Positions 1 through 7,806 of a DNA stretch of 32,000 bases are shown here, one piece after another. The translations under genes were made by a program, and so were the position numbers. Location of the stretch: positions 268,679 through 300,678 of the forward strand of contig NZ_WESC01000001.1 of assembly GCF_009184905.1 (NCBI RefSeq), given 5' to 3'. Source of the stretch: Parvibaculum sedimenti. Lineage in GTDB: Bacteria > Pseudomonadota > Alphaproteobacteria > Parvibaculales > Parvibaculaceae. Under the pieces are notes generated by a model. The model did no database searches. It was not told the origin of the DNA and saw only the letters and a program-made list of their open reading frames with translations. The stretch's first letter is position 1. Each line of letters begins with the position of its first letter.

Positions 1-243
1 GCCGCCCACCTCTACGGCGGCTTCCTGGCGACGTTGACCGCATGGTGCGAGCGCGAGGGCGTCGCCTATCAGGGCGTGCCGGTCGGCACCATCAAGCGGT
101 TCGCCACCGGCAAGGGCAATGCCGGCAAGGACGCCGTGCTCGCCGCGATGCGCCAGCGCGGGTTCCAGCCCGCCGACGACAACGAGGCCGACGCCATCGC
201 GCTCCTGCTCTGGGCGATGGAGACCCGGGGAGGTGTGCTGTGA
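1..243 (+). CDS. RuvC-like Holliday junction resolvase, C-terminal fragment (5' end outside window)
   Basis: Frame 1 is open from nt 1 (AAHLYGGFLATL...) into the listed ORF 34..243. The tail GTIKRFATGKGNAGKDAVLAAMRQRGFQPADDNEADAIALLLWA matches the C-terminal catalytic-acidic segment of RuvC-family phage resolvases. Confidence 0.65.
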   Translation, partial: AAHLYGGFLATLTAWCEREGVAYQGVPVGTIKRFATGKGNAGKDAVLAAMRQRGFQPADDNEADAIALLLWAMETRGGVL

Positions 244-437
244 GGTGGACGCCACGAGGATATGGCGGCCGGCGCCGCAGCTCCGAAGAGGTCAAGCGCG
301 ATGGCTGGCGCGAGCAGCGTGTCCTCGCGGTCTCTCTCGATGACGACCGGCTGACCTGGCCCGAACGCGAACTGATCCGGCAACTCGGCGAGAAGCTCTA
401 TGGCGACCGCGATCAGGCGAAGGAGGCGCGCCGATGA
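240..437 (+). CDS. Small hypothetical phage protein
   Basis: GTG at 240 overlaps the resolvase stop (GTGA). The 65-codon ORF ends in an ATGA overlap with the next gene. No family recognised; coding status rests only on this coupling. Confidence 0.35.
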   Translation: MRWTPRGYGGRRRSSEEVKRDGWREQRVLAVSLDDDRLTWPERELIRQLGEKLYGDRDQAKEARR

Positions 438-868
438 CCGAGTGGACACCGAGCCTCGTCGAGGAACGTCTGGCGGAAGCGGCGTCGGTTCTCAAGCGCC
501 TGCCCGAACCGCGACGGCAGGGCTACTTCAGCACCTGGCCGGAGATCATCCACAGTTTCGCCGACAAGGTGGGACAGGAACCAAAACCGATGCGCGTCAT
601 CCCGTCGCCTGCGGCCATCAGCCGGATGGAGGAGACGCTGAGCTGGACGGTAGGGCTCGATCCGATCGACGGCAAGATCGTCTGGATGCGCGCCCATGGC
701 GAGCGGTGGAAGACCATCTGCTGGACCGTCGGATTGCAGCGGTCGGCGGCGCACGAGCACTGGCTCTACGCGCTCTGCGTGATCGCATTCCGGCTTAATG
801 GTCGGCGGCTCAACCGCAGCTATTCGAAGCGCAAAGTAATCGAGCTGGCTGGGGCGGCGCAGCGCTGA
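434..868 (+). CDS. Conserved phage protein, DUF6362-like, HTH-like C-terminal segment
   Basis: ATGA overlap with the upstream ORF. 144 aa with PAAISRMEETLSW...VWMRAHGERWKTICWTVGLQRSAAHEHWLYALCVIAFRLN. This resembles a family I recall next to phage methylases in Alphaproteobacteria. Confidence 0.55.
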   Translation: MTEWTPSLVEERLAEAASVLKRLPEPRRQGYFSTWPEIIHSFADKVGQEPKPMRVIPSPAAISRMEETLSWTVGLDPIDGKIVWMRAHGERWKTICWTVGLQRSAAHEHWLYALCVIAFRLNGRRLNRSYSKRKVIELAGAAQR

Positions 869-1156
869 GCGATGGCGAGGAAGGTGTCCGCCGGACAGTT
901 TTCGAACGGACATAAACGGCGGATCGGGCTAGGTTTTTGACTATCCTCGGGAGAGGCGCGCGCGGCGCGGTCTTGCTCTCGCTGACCGACGAGTTTCCGG
1001 GTCCTTCCTGGGCGATTTCGTATGCTGGCGGGCGAAGCGCGGCATATCGCCAGCGACAGGGCCGGATTTTTGGGAAGCCACCCGGAAGCCGGATCCACCT
1101 GCATGCTGCGCAAGCCTCAATAAACACAAACCTTTCTGCCGGACACGCTGTTGGCC

Positions 1157-1198
1157 GCTGGACCCCGCATGGAGTCCAGCGCGGCATCCGGAGTCCAG
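1157..1198. promoter_or_regulatory. Operator-like repeat cluster upstream of the ParB-methylase gene
   Basis: Inverted repeat GCTGGAC-N10-GTCCAGC at 1157-1163/1174-1180. Direct repeat GGAGTCCAG at 1171-1179 and 1190-1198. Both lie 33-75 nt upstream of ATG 1231, inside a 362-nt non-coding gap. Confidence 0.3.
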
Positions 1199-1230
1199 AA
1201 GCCACCGGGTATCCACCCGACCAAGGAACC

Positions 1231-2610
1231 ATGTCCGCCATGACGCTGAGCTTCGCCCCGGACGCGATCGAGATGTGGCCGCTGGCAAAGCTCCAGCCCT
1301 ACGCGAAGAACGCCAAGGCGCATGGCGCGGACCAGGTCGCGAAGATCGCCGCCAGCATGGCCGAGTTCGGCTGGACCGTGCCGTGCCTTGTGGCCGAGGA
1401 CGGCGAGCTGATTGCCGGGCACGGGCGCGTCCTGGCCGCTACGCAACTCGGGCTGAGCGAAGCGCCGGTGATCGTGCTGGGCCATCTGACGGAGGCGCAG
1501 CGCCGTGCCTACCGGATCGCTGACAACAAGCTGACCGAACTCGGCACGTGGGACGAGGCGCTGCTGTCGGCGGAACTGAACGACCTGCTCGCCGAAGAAT
1601 TCGACCTGTCGCTGGTCGGCTTTTCCGATGGCGAGTTGGACAGGCTGCTGGCATTCGTGCCCGAGGGCGAAGGCGAGGAAGGCGGCGGCGGTGTTCCGCC
1701 CGTCACCATCCCCGAACCGCCCCGCAATCCTGCATCGCAAACGGGCGATCTCTGGATTCTCGGCGATCACCGGCTGCTCTGCGGTGACAGCACCAGCCAT
1801 GCGGATGTCTGCCGCCTGATGAACGGCGAACGGGCGATCCTGTTCGCAACCGACCCGCCCTATCTCGTCGACTACGATGGCTCCAACCATCCGACCCGCA
1901 ACAAGGACTGGTCGGCGTCTTACGGCACCACGTGGGACGACAGTTCGCAGGGCGCGGAGCTCTACGACGGCTTCATCGCCGCGGCCGTGGCCGAGGCGAT
2001 TACCGAGGATGCCGCCTGGTATTGCTGGCACGCTTCGCGCCGCCAGGCGATGCTGGAAGCGTGCTGGGAAAAGGCCGGTGCGTTCGTTCACCAGCAGATC
2101 ATCTGGGTAAAGGACCGCGGCGTCCTGACCCGGTCGCACTACCTCTGGAAGCACGAGCCCTGTTTGATGGGCTGGATCAAGGGCAAGCGCCCGCCAAAGG
2201 TCGCCGAGGAAACCCTTGCGTCCACATGGGCGCTGCCCAGCTTCGCCAAGGACGAGCGGCCGGACCATCCGACGCCGAAGCCGCTCGACGCCTTCGGTAT
2301 CCCGATGCGCCAGCACGTTGCTCGCGGCGGGCTCTGCTACGAGCCGTTCTGCGGCTCCGGCTCGCAGATTATGGCGGGCGAGGCGAACGGCCGGCGCGTC
2401 TTCGCGATGGAAATCAGCCCCGCCTATGTCGATGTCGCCGTTGAGCGCTGGCAGGCGGACACGGGCCGCGAGGCGCTCCTCGATGGTGATGGGCGGATCT
2501 TCGCGCAGGTGAAGGCCGAGCGACTGGGCGACCACGCCGAAGCCCCCGCCGATGCTCCGGACACGGCCGCCGCCCCCGAACCCGCGCGAAAACGCAAGAC
2601 CACCGCGTGA
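1231..2610 (+). CDS. ParB-like nuclease domain fused to beta-class N6-adenine/N4-cytosine DNA methyltransferase
   Basis: Listed ORF 937..2610 trimmed to ATG 1231, which has AAGGA just upstream. The N-terminus WPLAKLQPYAKNAKAHGADQVAKIAASMAEFGWTVPCLV..GELIAGHGRVLAA is a ParB/Srx-type domain. DPPY (ILFATDPPYLVDY) precedes FxGxG (CYEPFCGSGSQIMAGE). Confidence 0.85.
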   Translation: MSAMTLSFAPDAIEMWPLAKLQPYAKNAKAHGADQVAKIAASMAEFGWTVPCLVAEDGELIAGHGRVLAATQLGLSEAPVIVLGHLTEAQRRAYRIADNKLTELGTWDEALLSAELNDLLAEEFDLSLVGFSDGELDRLLAFVPEGEGEEGGGGVPPVTIPEPPRNPASQTGDLWILGDHRLLCGDSTSHADVCRLMNGERAILFATDPPYLVDYDGSNHPTRNKDWSASYGTTWDDSSQGAELYDGFIAAAVAEAITEDAAWYCWHASRRQAMLEACWEKAGAFVHQQIIWVKDRGVLTRSHYLWKHEPCLMGWIKGKRPPKVAEETLASTWALPSFAKDERPDHPTPKPLDAFGIPMRQHVARGGLCYEPFCGSGSQIMAGEANGRRVFAMEISPAYVDVAVERWQADTGREALLDGDGRIFAQVKAERLGDHAEAPADAPDTAAAPEPARKRKTTA

Positions 2611-2611
2611 C

Positions 2612-3806
2612 ATGCATGACCTGGCTTTACCTTCCTTCGGACACGCTTCCGGATCCGGAGACACATGCCTGTTCGGCCTCTCCCTCTGCTCCGGCGCAGG
2701 CGGGCTCGACCTCGGGCTCGCCATCGCCATCCCCGGATATCGTGCTGTGGGCCATGTCGAACGGGAAACCTACGCCGCAGCCATCCTCGTGGCGCGGATG
2801 GAAGACGCGTCCCTGGATCGCGCACCTGTCTGGGACGACGTTGCCAGTTTCGACGGCCGCCCATGGCGCGGCGCGGTGGACATCGTCACTGCGGGCTATC
2901 CGTGCCAGCCATTCTCCGTCGCGGGCAAGCGGCGGGGCGCGGACGACCCGCGCCATCTCTGGCCGCATGTCGCCCGCATCATCGGCGAGGTCGAGCCACC
3001 CTTCGTCTTCCTCGAGAATGTCGCCAATCATCTCCGCCTCGGCTTCCCCGAAGTCGCCGCAGGACTGGTTGGCATGGGGTACCGCCTTGCGGCAGGCATC
3101 TTCACGGCGGCGGAAGTCGGCGCGCCCCACAAGCGCGAGCGGCTGTTCATCCTCGCCATCCGCGAGGGAGACGAGCTGGCCGACCCCGCGCGCCTGCTCT
3201 GGCACCCGGTCGAGTGGCGGGAACCGGACCGAGATGCTGCGGCTGTGGCCGACGCCCCGGGCCAGCGCCAACGAGAACCGGCAGACGAAGCCGACGCCGT
3301 CGCAGGCGGCGGGTCAGCATGGGATGAACCTGGCGACGACGGCCGCGCTGTGGCCGACGCCGCAGATCGACAGCTTTCGCAGCCGGGGTGGCGAGCGGAA
3401 GGACGAGAAGGGTCTGGACCGGATGGCGCGGGACTGGCCGACGCCGATGGCGAACGACGGCTGCAAGCCGAGCGCGGGCAAGCGCCGAACGGCCGATCTT
3501 ACCCATGCGGCGGGGATGTGGATGACGCCGACGGCGCGCGACCACAAGGATGGGGCGACGAGCCTTGCGAATACCCCGGTGAACGGCCTGCTTGGCCGCC
3601 AGGTCCTGGCGACGCCGATGGCTGGGCGCGATACCTCCGAGCCGCGCCGGACACTGAACCCGCTGTTCGTCGAGGCGCTGATGGGCTGGCCCACCGGGTG
3701 GACCGGCTTCGCCTTTGCGGCAACGGCGTGGTCCCCTTGGTTACGGCGCATGCGCTCAGAACTCTCGCGGCTGAACTGCTGGCCGATGGATGAGGTCACG
3801 GGATGA
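2612..3806 (+). CDS. DNA (cytosine-5) methyltransferase, conserved motifs distributed over two reading frames (frameshifted, split, or mis-assembled)
   Basis: Frame 2 (ATG 2612) carries motif I FGLSLCSGAGGLDLG, motif IV GYPCQPFSVAGKR, motif VI FLENV and motif VIII APHKRERLFILA. From about nt 3230 the recognisable sequence is in frame 3: LWPTPRASANENRQTKPTPSQAAGQHG, LWPTPQ, DWPTPMANDG, MWMTPTARDHKDG, LNPLFVEALMGWPTGWTGF. Frame 3 stops at 3806 in an ATGA overlap with the next gene. Frame 2 stays open to 3793. Confidence 0.75.
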
Positions 3807-4030
3807 AGCAGTCCCGCATCATGTCGCTGGTCGAGTCCGTCGCCAACGTGATCGTCGGCTACGGCATCGCCGTCATGGCTCAGATGGCGATCTTTCCGCT
3901 GTTCGGCCTGCACGCGACGTTGGCTCAGAACATGATGATGGGCGCGATCTTCACGGTGGTGTCGATCATTCGCAGCTATGCCCTCAGACGTATCTTCGAG
4001 GAGATACGTGTTCGCAGGACTTGGAGATAG
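3803..4030 (+). CDS. Small membrane protein (two predicted TM helices)
   Basis: 75 aa with hydrophobic stretches VANVIVGYGIAVMAQMAIFPLFG and MMMGAIFTVVSIIRSYAL. ATG 3803 overlaps the frame-3 stop of the methylase. Confidence 0.55.
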   Translation: MKQSRIMSLVESVANVIVGYGIAVMAQMAIFPLFGLHATLAQNMMMGAIFTVVSIIRSYALRRIFEEIRVRRTWR

Positions 4031-4032
4031 AT

Positions 4033-4055
4033 CCGCCGCCCCAATGGGACGGCGG
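4033..4055. terminator. GC-rich hairpin between convergent genes (no U-tract)
   Basis: CCGCCGCCCC-aat-GGGACGGCGG, 10-bp stem with one mismatch. It lies between the stop at 4030 (+) and the stop at 4082 (-). Confidence 0.3.
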
Positions 4056-4081
4056 TCGTCATCTCGTCGGGCTATGGTGCG

Positions 4082-4654
4082 TCAGGCGGCGGGGAGCTTG
4101 TAGACCCGTCCGCGCCCCTCGACCTTCTCCGAGGACACCTCGAGCCCGAGTTTCTTCTTCAGCGCCCCGGCCATCGCGCCGCGTACCGTATGCGACTGCC
4201 AGCCGGTCGCGACCATGATCTCCCCGATGGTCGCGCCGTCCGGCGCGCGCAGCATGGCGATCAGCGTGGCCTGCTTGGTGCCCTCGCGCGGCGTGCGCGC
4301 CTTGGGCGCGGGGTCGGGTTCGGTGGGGGTGTCCGGCGTGGGCTCTTCGGTCGGCGCGTCCATCGCGCCTGCAGGCGCGGTGTTCGCGTCCTCCGGCTCA
4401 ATGCCGATGGCGGCGAGCCCTGCGTCGGTGGCGACCAGCGTCGCGCCGTGGCCGTCGCCGGTCTCGCGCCAGACAGGCTCGCCCTCGCGCAGGTTGGCGT
4501 CGACCTCTTCGAGGAAGCCCTTGGCGATCATCGTCTCCACCACCTTGGCGGCAGCTCCGCCGCGCAGGTTTGGTGGAAACGGCAAGGCATTATGGCCGTC
4601 GCGCTGCGCGGCGGCGCTGAGGATCACTGCTTGCGTGTCGGAAAGCTTGGTCAT
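4082..4654 (-). CDS. DUF3489-type protein (winged-helix-like C-terminal domain)
   Basis: 190 aa. C-terminus TKQATLIAMLRAPDGATIGEIMVATGWQSHTVRGAMAGALKKKLGLEVSSEKVEGRGRVYKL is the DUF3489 signature. The middle is a P/T/E-rich linker. GGAGA lies upstream of the ATG. Confidence 0.7.
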   Translation of the reverse strand: MTKLSDTQAVILSAAAQRDGHNALPFPPNLRGGAAAKVVETMIAKGFLEEVDANLREGEPVWRETGDGHGATLVATDAGLAAIGIEPEDANTAPAGAMDAPTEEPTPDTPTEPDPAPKARTPREGTKQATLIAMLRAPDGATIGEIMVATGWQSHTVRGAMAGALKKKLGLEVSSEKVEGRGRVYKLPAA

Positions 4655-4749
4655 GGGGTCGTCTCCGTGTTCGGGGCCGCACCATCGCGGCCCTTCTACG
4701 ACCCCAAGCCGCGCGGGCGGCGCGGCCGGAGTTCAGGCGATGCCGGAAA

Positions 4750-4971
4750 TCACTCGGCGTGCTCGCCCTCCTTGAAGGCCGCGTCGGTAATGCGCTTCAG
4801 GAGCTCGGCGTAGTGGGCGAGCGTTCCGACATGGCCCCAATTGATCTCGTCAGGGCTGGTGTCGAAATGGTCCGCGCTAAGGGCGGCGAGCCGCTCCAGC
4901 ATCGCGTCGATTTCGGCCTTCCGGGCGATGAAGGCGTCGATCGCCTGCGGCTTGCTCGGGGTCCTGGTCAT
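4750..4971 (-). CDS. Small hypothetical protein upstream of the DUF3489 gene
   Basis: Listed ORF 4750..5028 trimmed to the internal ATG at 4971, which has GGAGA 6 nt upstream on the minus strand. 73 aa, helical-looking (AFIARKAEIDAMLERLAALSADHFD). Confidence 0.5.
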   Translation of the reverse strand: MTRTPSKPQAIDAFIARKAEIDAMLERLAALSADHFDTSPDEINWGHVGTLAHYAELLKRITDAAFKEGEHAE

Positions 4972-5020
4972 GGCTGTCTCCGTCCTTGTTGGTGACGCCA
5001 TACAGGCTCTGATCGCAGCG

Positions 5021-5037
5021 CTTATCAAGTCGATAAG
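5021..5037. promoter_or_regulatory. 17-bp palindrome CTTATC-N5-GATAAG in the divergent control region
   Basis: CTTATCAAGTCGATAAG lies 31 nt upstream of the small-terminase ATG, in the AT-rich gap between divergent genes. A second copy of the same architecture is at 26612-26628. Confidence 0.35.
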
Positions 5038-5067
5038 TGCATCATTTAATTAGGAGTTCGGGTCGAG

Positions 5068-5628
5068 ATGCAGGGGCTGAGCGAACGCCAGTACGCCGCC
5101 CGTGTGGGCCTTTCACGGGGCGCGATCCAGAAGGCGAAGGCGGCCGAGCGGGTCGTCCTCCATTCCGACGGCAGCATTGATGCCGATGCCAGCGACGCCC
5201 GCCGCGCGGAGACGACCGACCCGTCAAAGACCAGGAAGGCTCCCACACCGAAGCTGAAGCCGGTGCCGGACGTCGCCCTCTCAGCCGTCGGCGACACACT
5301 CCGCGAAAGCGGCCTGACTTCGCCCGCGACGGGAGGGGGCACGACCTTCCTGCAAGCCAAGACGGCGAACGAGGTGCTGAAAGCCCAGGAGCGCCGCCTC
5401 CGGCTTCAGAAGATGAAGGGCGAACTCATCGATCGTGCGCGCGCGACCGCGCTCGTTTTCCGGCTCGCACGCGAGGAGCGGGATTCATGGGTCAATTGGC
5501 CGTCCCGCGCCGCGGCGCTGATGGCGGCGGAGCTCGGAGTGGAGGCGGCCGAGATGCAGAAGGCTCTGGAGATCCATGTACGCGCCCACCTCGACGAACT
5601 CGCCGAGGTCCGGCCGGAATTCCGCTGA
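5068..5628 (+). CDS. Terminase small subunit (Nu1-like, N-terminal HTH)
   Basis: AGGAG lies 11 nt upstream. N-terminal HTH LSERQYAARVGLSRGAIQKAK. C-half KTANEVLKAQERRLRLQKMKGELIDRARATALVFRLAREERDSWVNWPSRAAALMAAELGV. Sits directly upstream of the GpA-type large terminase. Confidence 0.7.
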   Translation: MQGLSERQYAARVGLSRGAIQKAKAAERVVLHSDGSIDADASDARRAETTDPSKTRKAPTPKLKPVPDVALSAVGDTLRESGLTSPATGGGTTFLQAKTANEVLKAQERRLRLQKMKGELIDRARATALVFRLAREERDSWVNWPSRAAALMAAELGVEAAEMQKALEIHVRAHLDELAEVRPEFR

Positions 5629-7594
5629 GCGAGACAATGAGCTGTCCGATGATCTGACCGAATTCGACGGCGTCGCCGATCTCCTGCGCGCCTGGGGCAA
5701 CGGGCTCCGGCCCGATCCGGACCTGACCGTCTCGCAATGGGCGGACCGGCACCGGATGCTGTCGGGCCGCGCCTCAGCCGAGCCAGGCCGGTACCGCACC
5801 GCGCGCACGCCCTACATGCGCGACATCATGGATGCGCTCTCGCCGGGAGCAGCCGCGCAGCGCGTGGTATTCATGAAGGCCGCGCAGGTCGGCGCGACCG
5901 AGGCTGGCAACAACTGGATCGGGTTCGCGATCCACCAGGCGCCGGGGCCGATGCTGGCGGTCCAGCCGACGGTGGAACTGGCCAAGCGCAACTCGCGCCA
6001 GCGGATCGACCCGTTGATCGACGAGAGCCCCGAGCTGCGGGAGCGGGTCAAACCGGCGCGCTCGCGGGACGCGGGCAACACGATGCTGTCCAAGGAATTC
6101 GCGGGTGGCATCCTGATCATGACCGGGGCCAACTCGGCGGTCGGCCTGCGGTCTACCCCGGCGCGGTACATCTTCCTCGACGAGGTCGATGCCTATCCGG
6201 CCTCCGCCGACGAGGAAGGCGATCCCGTCACGCTGGCCGAGGCGCGGTCGCTGACCTTCGCCCATCGGCGGAAGGTGCTGCTGGTCTCGACGCCCACCAT
6301 CCGAGGGCTGTCGCGCATCGAGCGGGAGTTCGAGGCCAGCGACCAGCGCCGGTTCTTCGTGCCGTGCCCGCATTGCGGCGCGATGCAGTGGCTGAAATTC
6401 GACCGGCTGCGCTGGCAGAAGGGTCGCCCGGAGACGGCGGAATATCACTGCGAGGGCTGCGAGACGCCCATCGCGGAACACCACAAGACGGCGATGCTGG
6501 GGGGCGGCGAATGGCGGGCGACCGCCATGGCCGCCGATCCGACCACGGTCGGGTATCACCTCTCGGCGCTCTATTCGCCGATCGGCTGGCTGAGCTGGGA
6601 GCGGATCGTGCGGGCATGGGACGCGGCACAGGGGTCGGACGAGGCGATCAAGGCGTTCCGCAACACCATCCTCGGCGAGACCTGGGTCGAGACCGGGGAA
6701 GCCCCGGACTGGCAGCGGCTCTATGACCGGCGCGAGCGCTGGACGTCCGGCACGGTGCCTGCGGGCGGGCTGTTCCTGACCGCCGGGGCCGATGTCCAGA
6801 AGGACCGGATCGAGGTCGATGTCTGGGCGTGGGGGCGTGGACTTGAGTCCTGGCTCATCGATCACGTCGTGATCGAGGGCGGGCCGGATCGGCACGACGC
6901 CTGGTCGGAACTGACCGCGCTGCTCGACCGGTCGTGGCCGCATGAACGCGGCGCGCATCTGCGCATCGCGCGGCTCGCCATCGACACGGGCTACGAGGCC
7001 CCGGCGGTCTATTCCTGGTCGCGGGCGCAGGGGTTTGGGCAGGTGTCGCCGGTGAAGGGCGTCGAGGGGTTCAACCGCTCAAGCCCGGTGTCGGGGCCGA
7101 CCTTCGTCGACGCGACCGAGGGCGGCAAACGCCTGCGGCGCGGGGCGCGGCTCTGGACCGTGGCGGTGTCGACCTTCAAGGCCGAGACCTACCGCTTCCT
7201 GCGGCTGGCGCGCCCGACCGACGAGGAGATGGCCGACGGGGCCGCGTTCCCGCCCGGCTCGGTGCATCTGCCGCACTGGGTCGAGAACGAATGGCTGAAG
7301 CAGTTCGTGGCCGAGCAGCTGGTGACGGTGCGCACGAAGCGCGGCTTCGCCCGGCTGGAGTGGCAGAAGCTCCGCGAGCGCAACGAAGCGCTGGATTGCC
7401 GGGTCTATGCCCGCGCCGCCGCCTGGATCGCGGGCGCGGACCGCTGGCCCGACGAGAAATGGCGCGACCTCGAGGATCAGCTCGGGGCCGCCCCCACCGA
7501 CAACGATCCCGCCGGGCAGATCAACCGGCCGGGACAGGCCCCGCAGGGCAAGCGCCGCTCCGACTGGCTCGGACGGCGCGGAGGATGGTTCTGA
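5576..7594 (+). CDS. Terminase large subunit, lambda GpA family
   Basis: LTVSQWADRHRMLS, Walker-A-like VVFMKAAQVGATEAGNNW, and zinc-ribbon CPHCGAMQW...YHCEGCETPI. 672 aa. The start is uncertain; ATG 5576 would overlap the small subunit by 53 nt. Confidence 0.9.
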   Translation: MYAPTSTNSPRSGRNSAERDNELSDDLTEFDGVADLLRAWGNGLRPDPDLTVSQWADRHRMLSGRASAEPGRYRTARTPYMRDIMDALSPGAAAQRVVFMKAAQVGATEAGNNWIGFAIHQAPGPMLAVQPTVELAKRNSRQRIDPLIDESPELRERVKPARSRDAGNTMLSKEFAGGILIMTGANSAVGLRSTPARYIFLDEVDAYPASADEEGDPVTLAEARSLTFAHRRKVLLVSTPTIRGLSRIEREFEASDQRRFFVPCPHCGAMQWLKFDRLRWQKGRPETAEYHCEGCETPIAEHHKTAMLGGGEWRATAMAADPTTVGYHLSALYSPIGWLSWERIVRAWDAAQGSDEAIKAFRNTILGETWVETGEAPDWQRLYDRRERWTSGTVPAGGLFLTAGADVQKDRIEVDVWAWGRGLESWLIDHVVIEGGPDRHDAWSELTALLDRSWPHERGAHLRIARLAIDTGYEAPAVYSWSRAQGFGQVSPVKGVEGFNRSSPVSGPTFVDATEGGKRLRRGARLWTVAVSTFKAETYRFLRLARPTDEEMADGAAFPPGSVHLPHWVENEWLKQFVAEQLVTVRTKRGFARLEWQKLRERNEALDCRVYARAAAWIAGADRWPDEKWRDLEDQLGAAPTDNDPAGQINRPGQAPQGKRRSDWLGRRGGWF

Positions 7595-7596
7595 AG

Positions 7597-7806
7597 ATGA
7601 CCGACTGGACGGAAACCGAGTTGTCGGCGCTGCGCCGTGCCTATGCCAGCGGCACGACCCGGGTCAGCTATGACGGCAAGTCGGTGGACTACGGCTCGGC
7701 CGAGGATCTGCTCGCCCGCATCCGGACCATCGAACGTGCCATTGCAGGCGTCAGCCGTCCACTGCCGGTGGCCGGACTGGCTGGCTTCTCGCGCGGGGAT
7801 CGCTGA
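7597..7806 (+). CDS. Head-tail joining protein gpW-like
   Basis: 69 aa, TELSALRRAYASGTTRVSYDGKSVDYGSAEDLLARIRTIERAI...LAGF, colinear with lambda gpW as I remember it. Position between the terminase and portal genes matches lambda W. Confidence 0.65.
   Translation: MTDWTETELSALRRAYASGTTRVSYDGKSVDYGSAEDLLARIRTIERAIAGVSRPLPVAGLAGFSRGDR

Noticed and set aside
937-1230. N-terminal 98-codon extension of the ParB-methylase ORF
   Set aside because: The translation is low complexity. The ParB domain begins right after ATG 1231, which has a Shine-Dalgarno, and the extension runs through the repeat-containing non-coding gap.
1117-2730. 537-aa minus-strand ORF antisense to the ParB-methylase gene
   Set aside because: Arg/Pro/Gly/Ala-rich low-complexity translation with no motifs. 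This is the typical shadow ORF of a high-GC gene whose sense strand has clear domain signatures.
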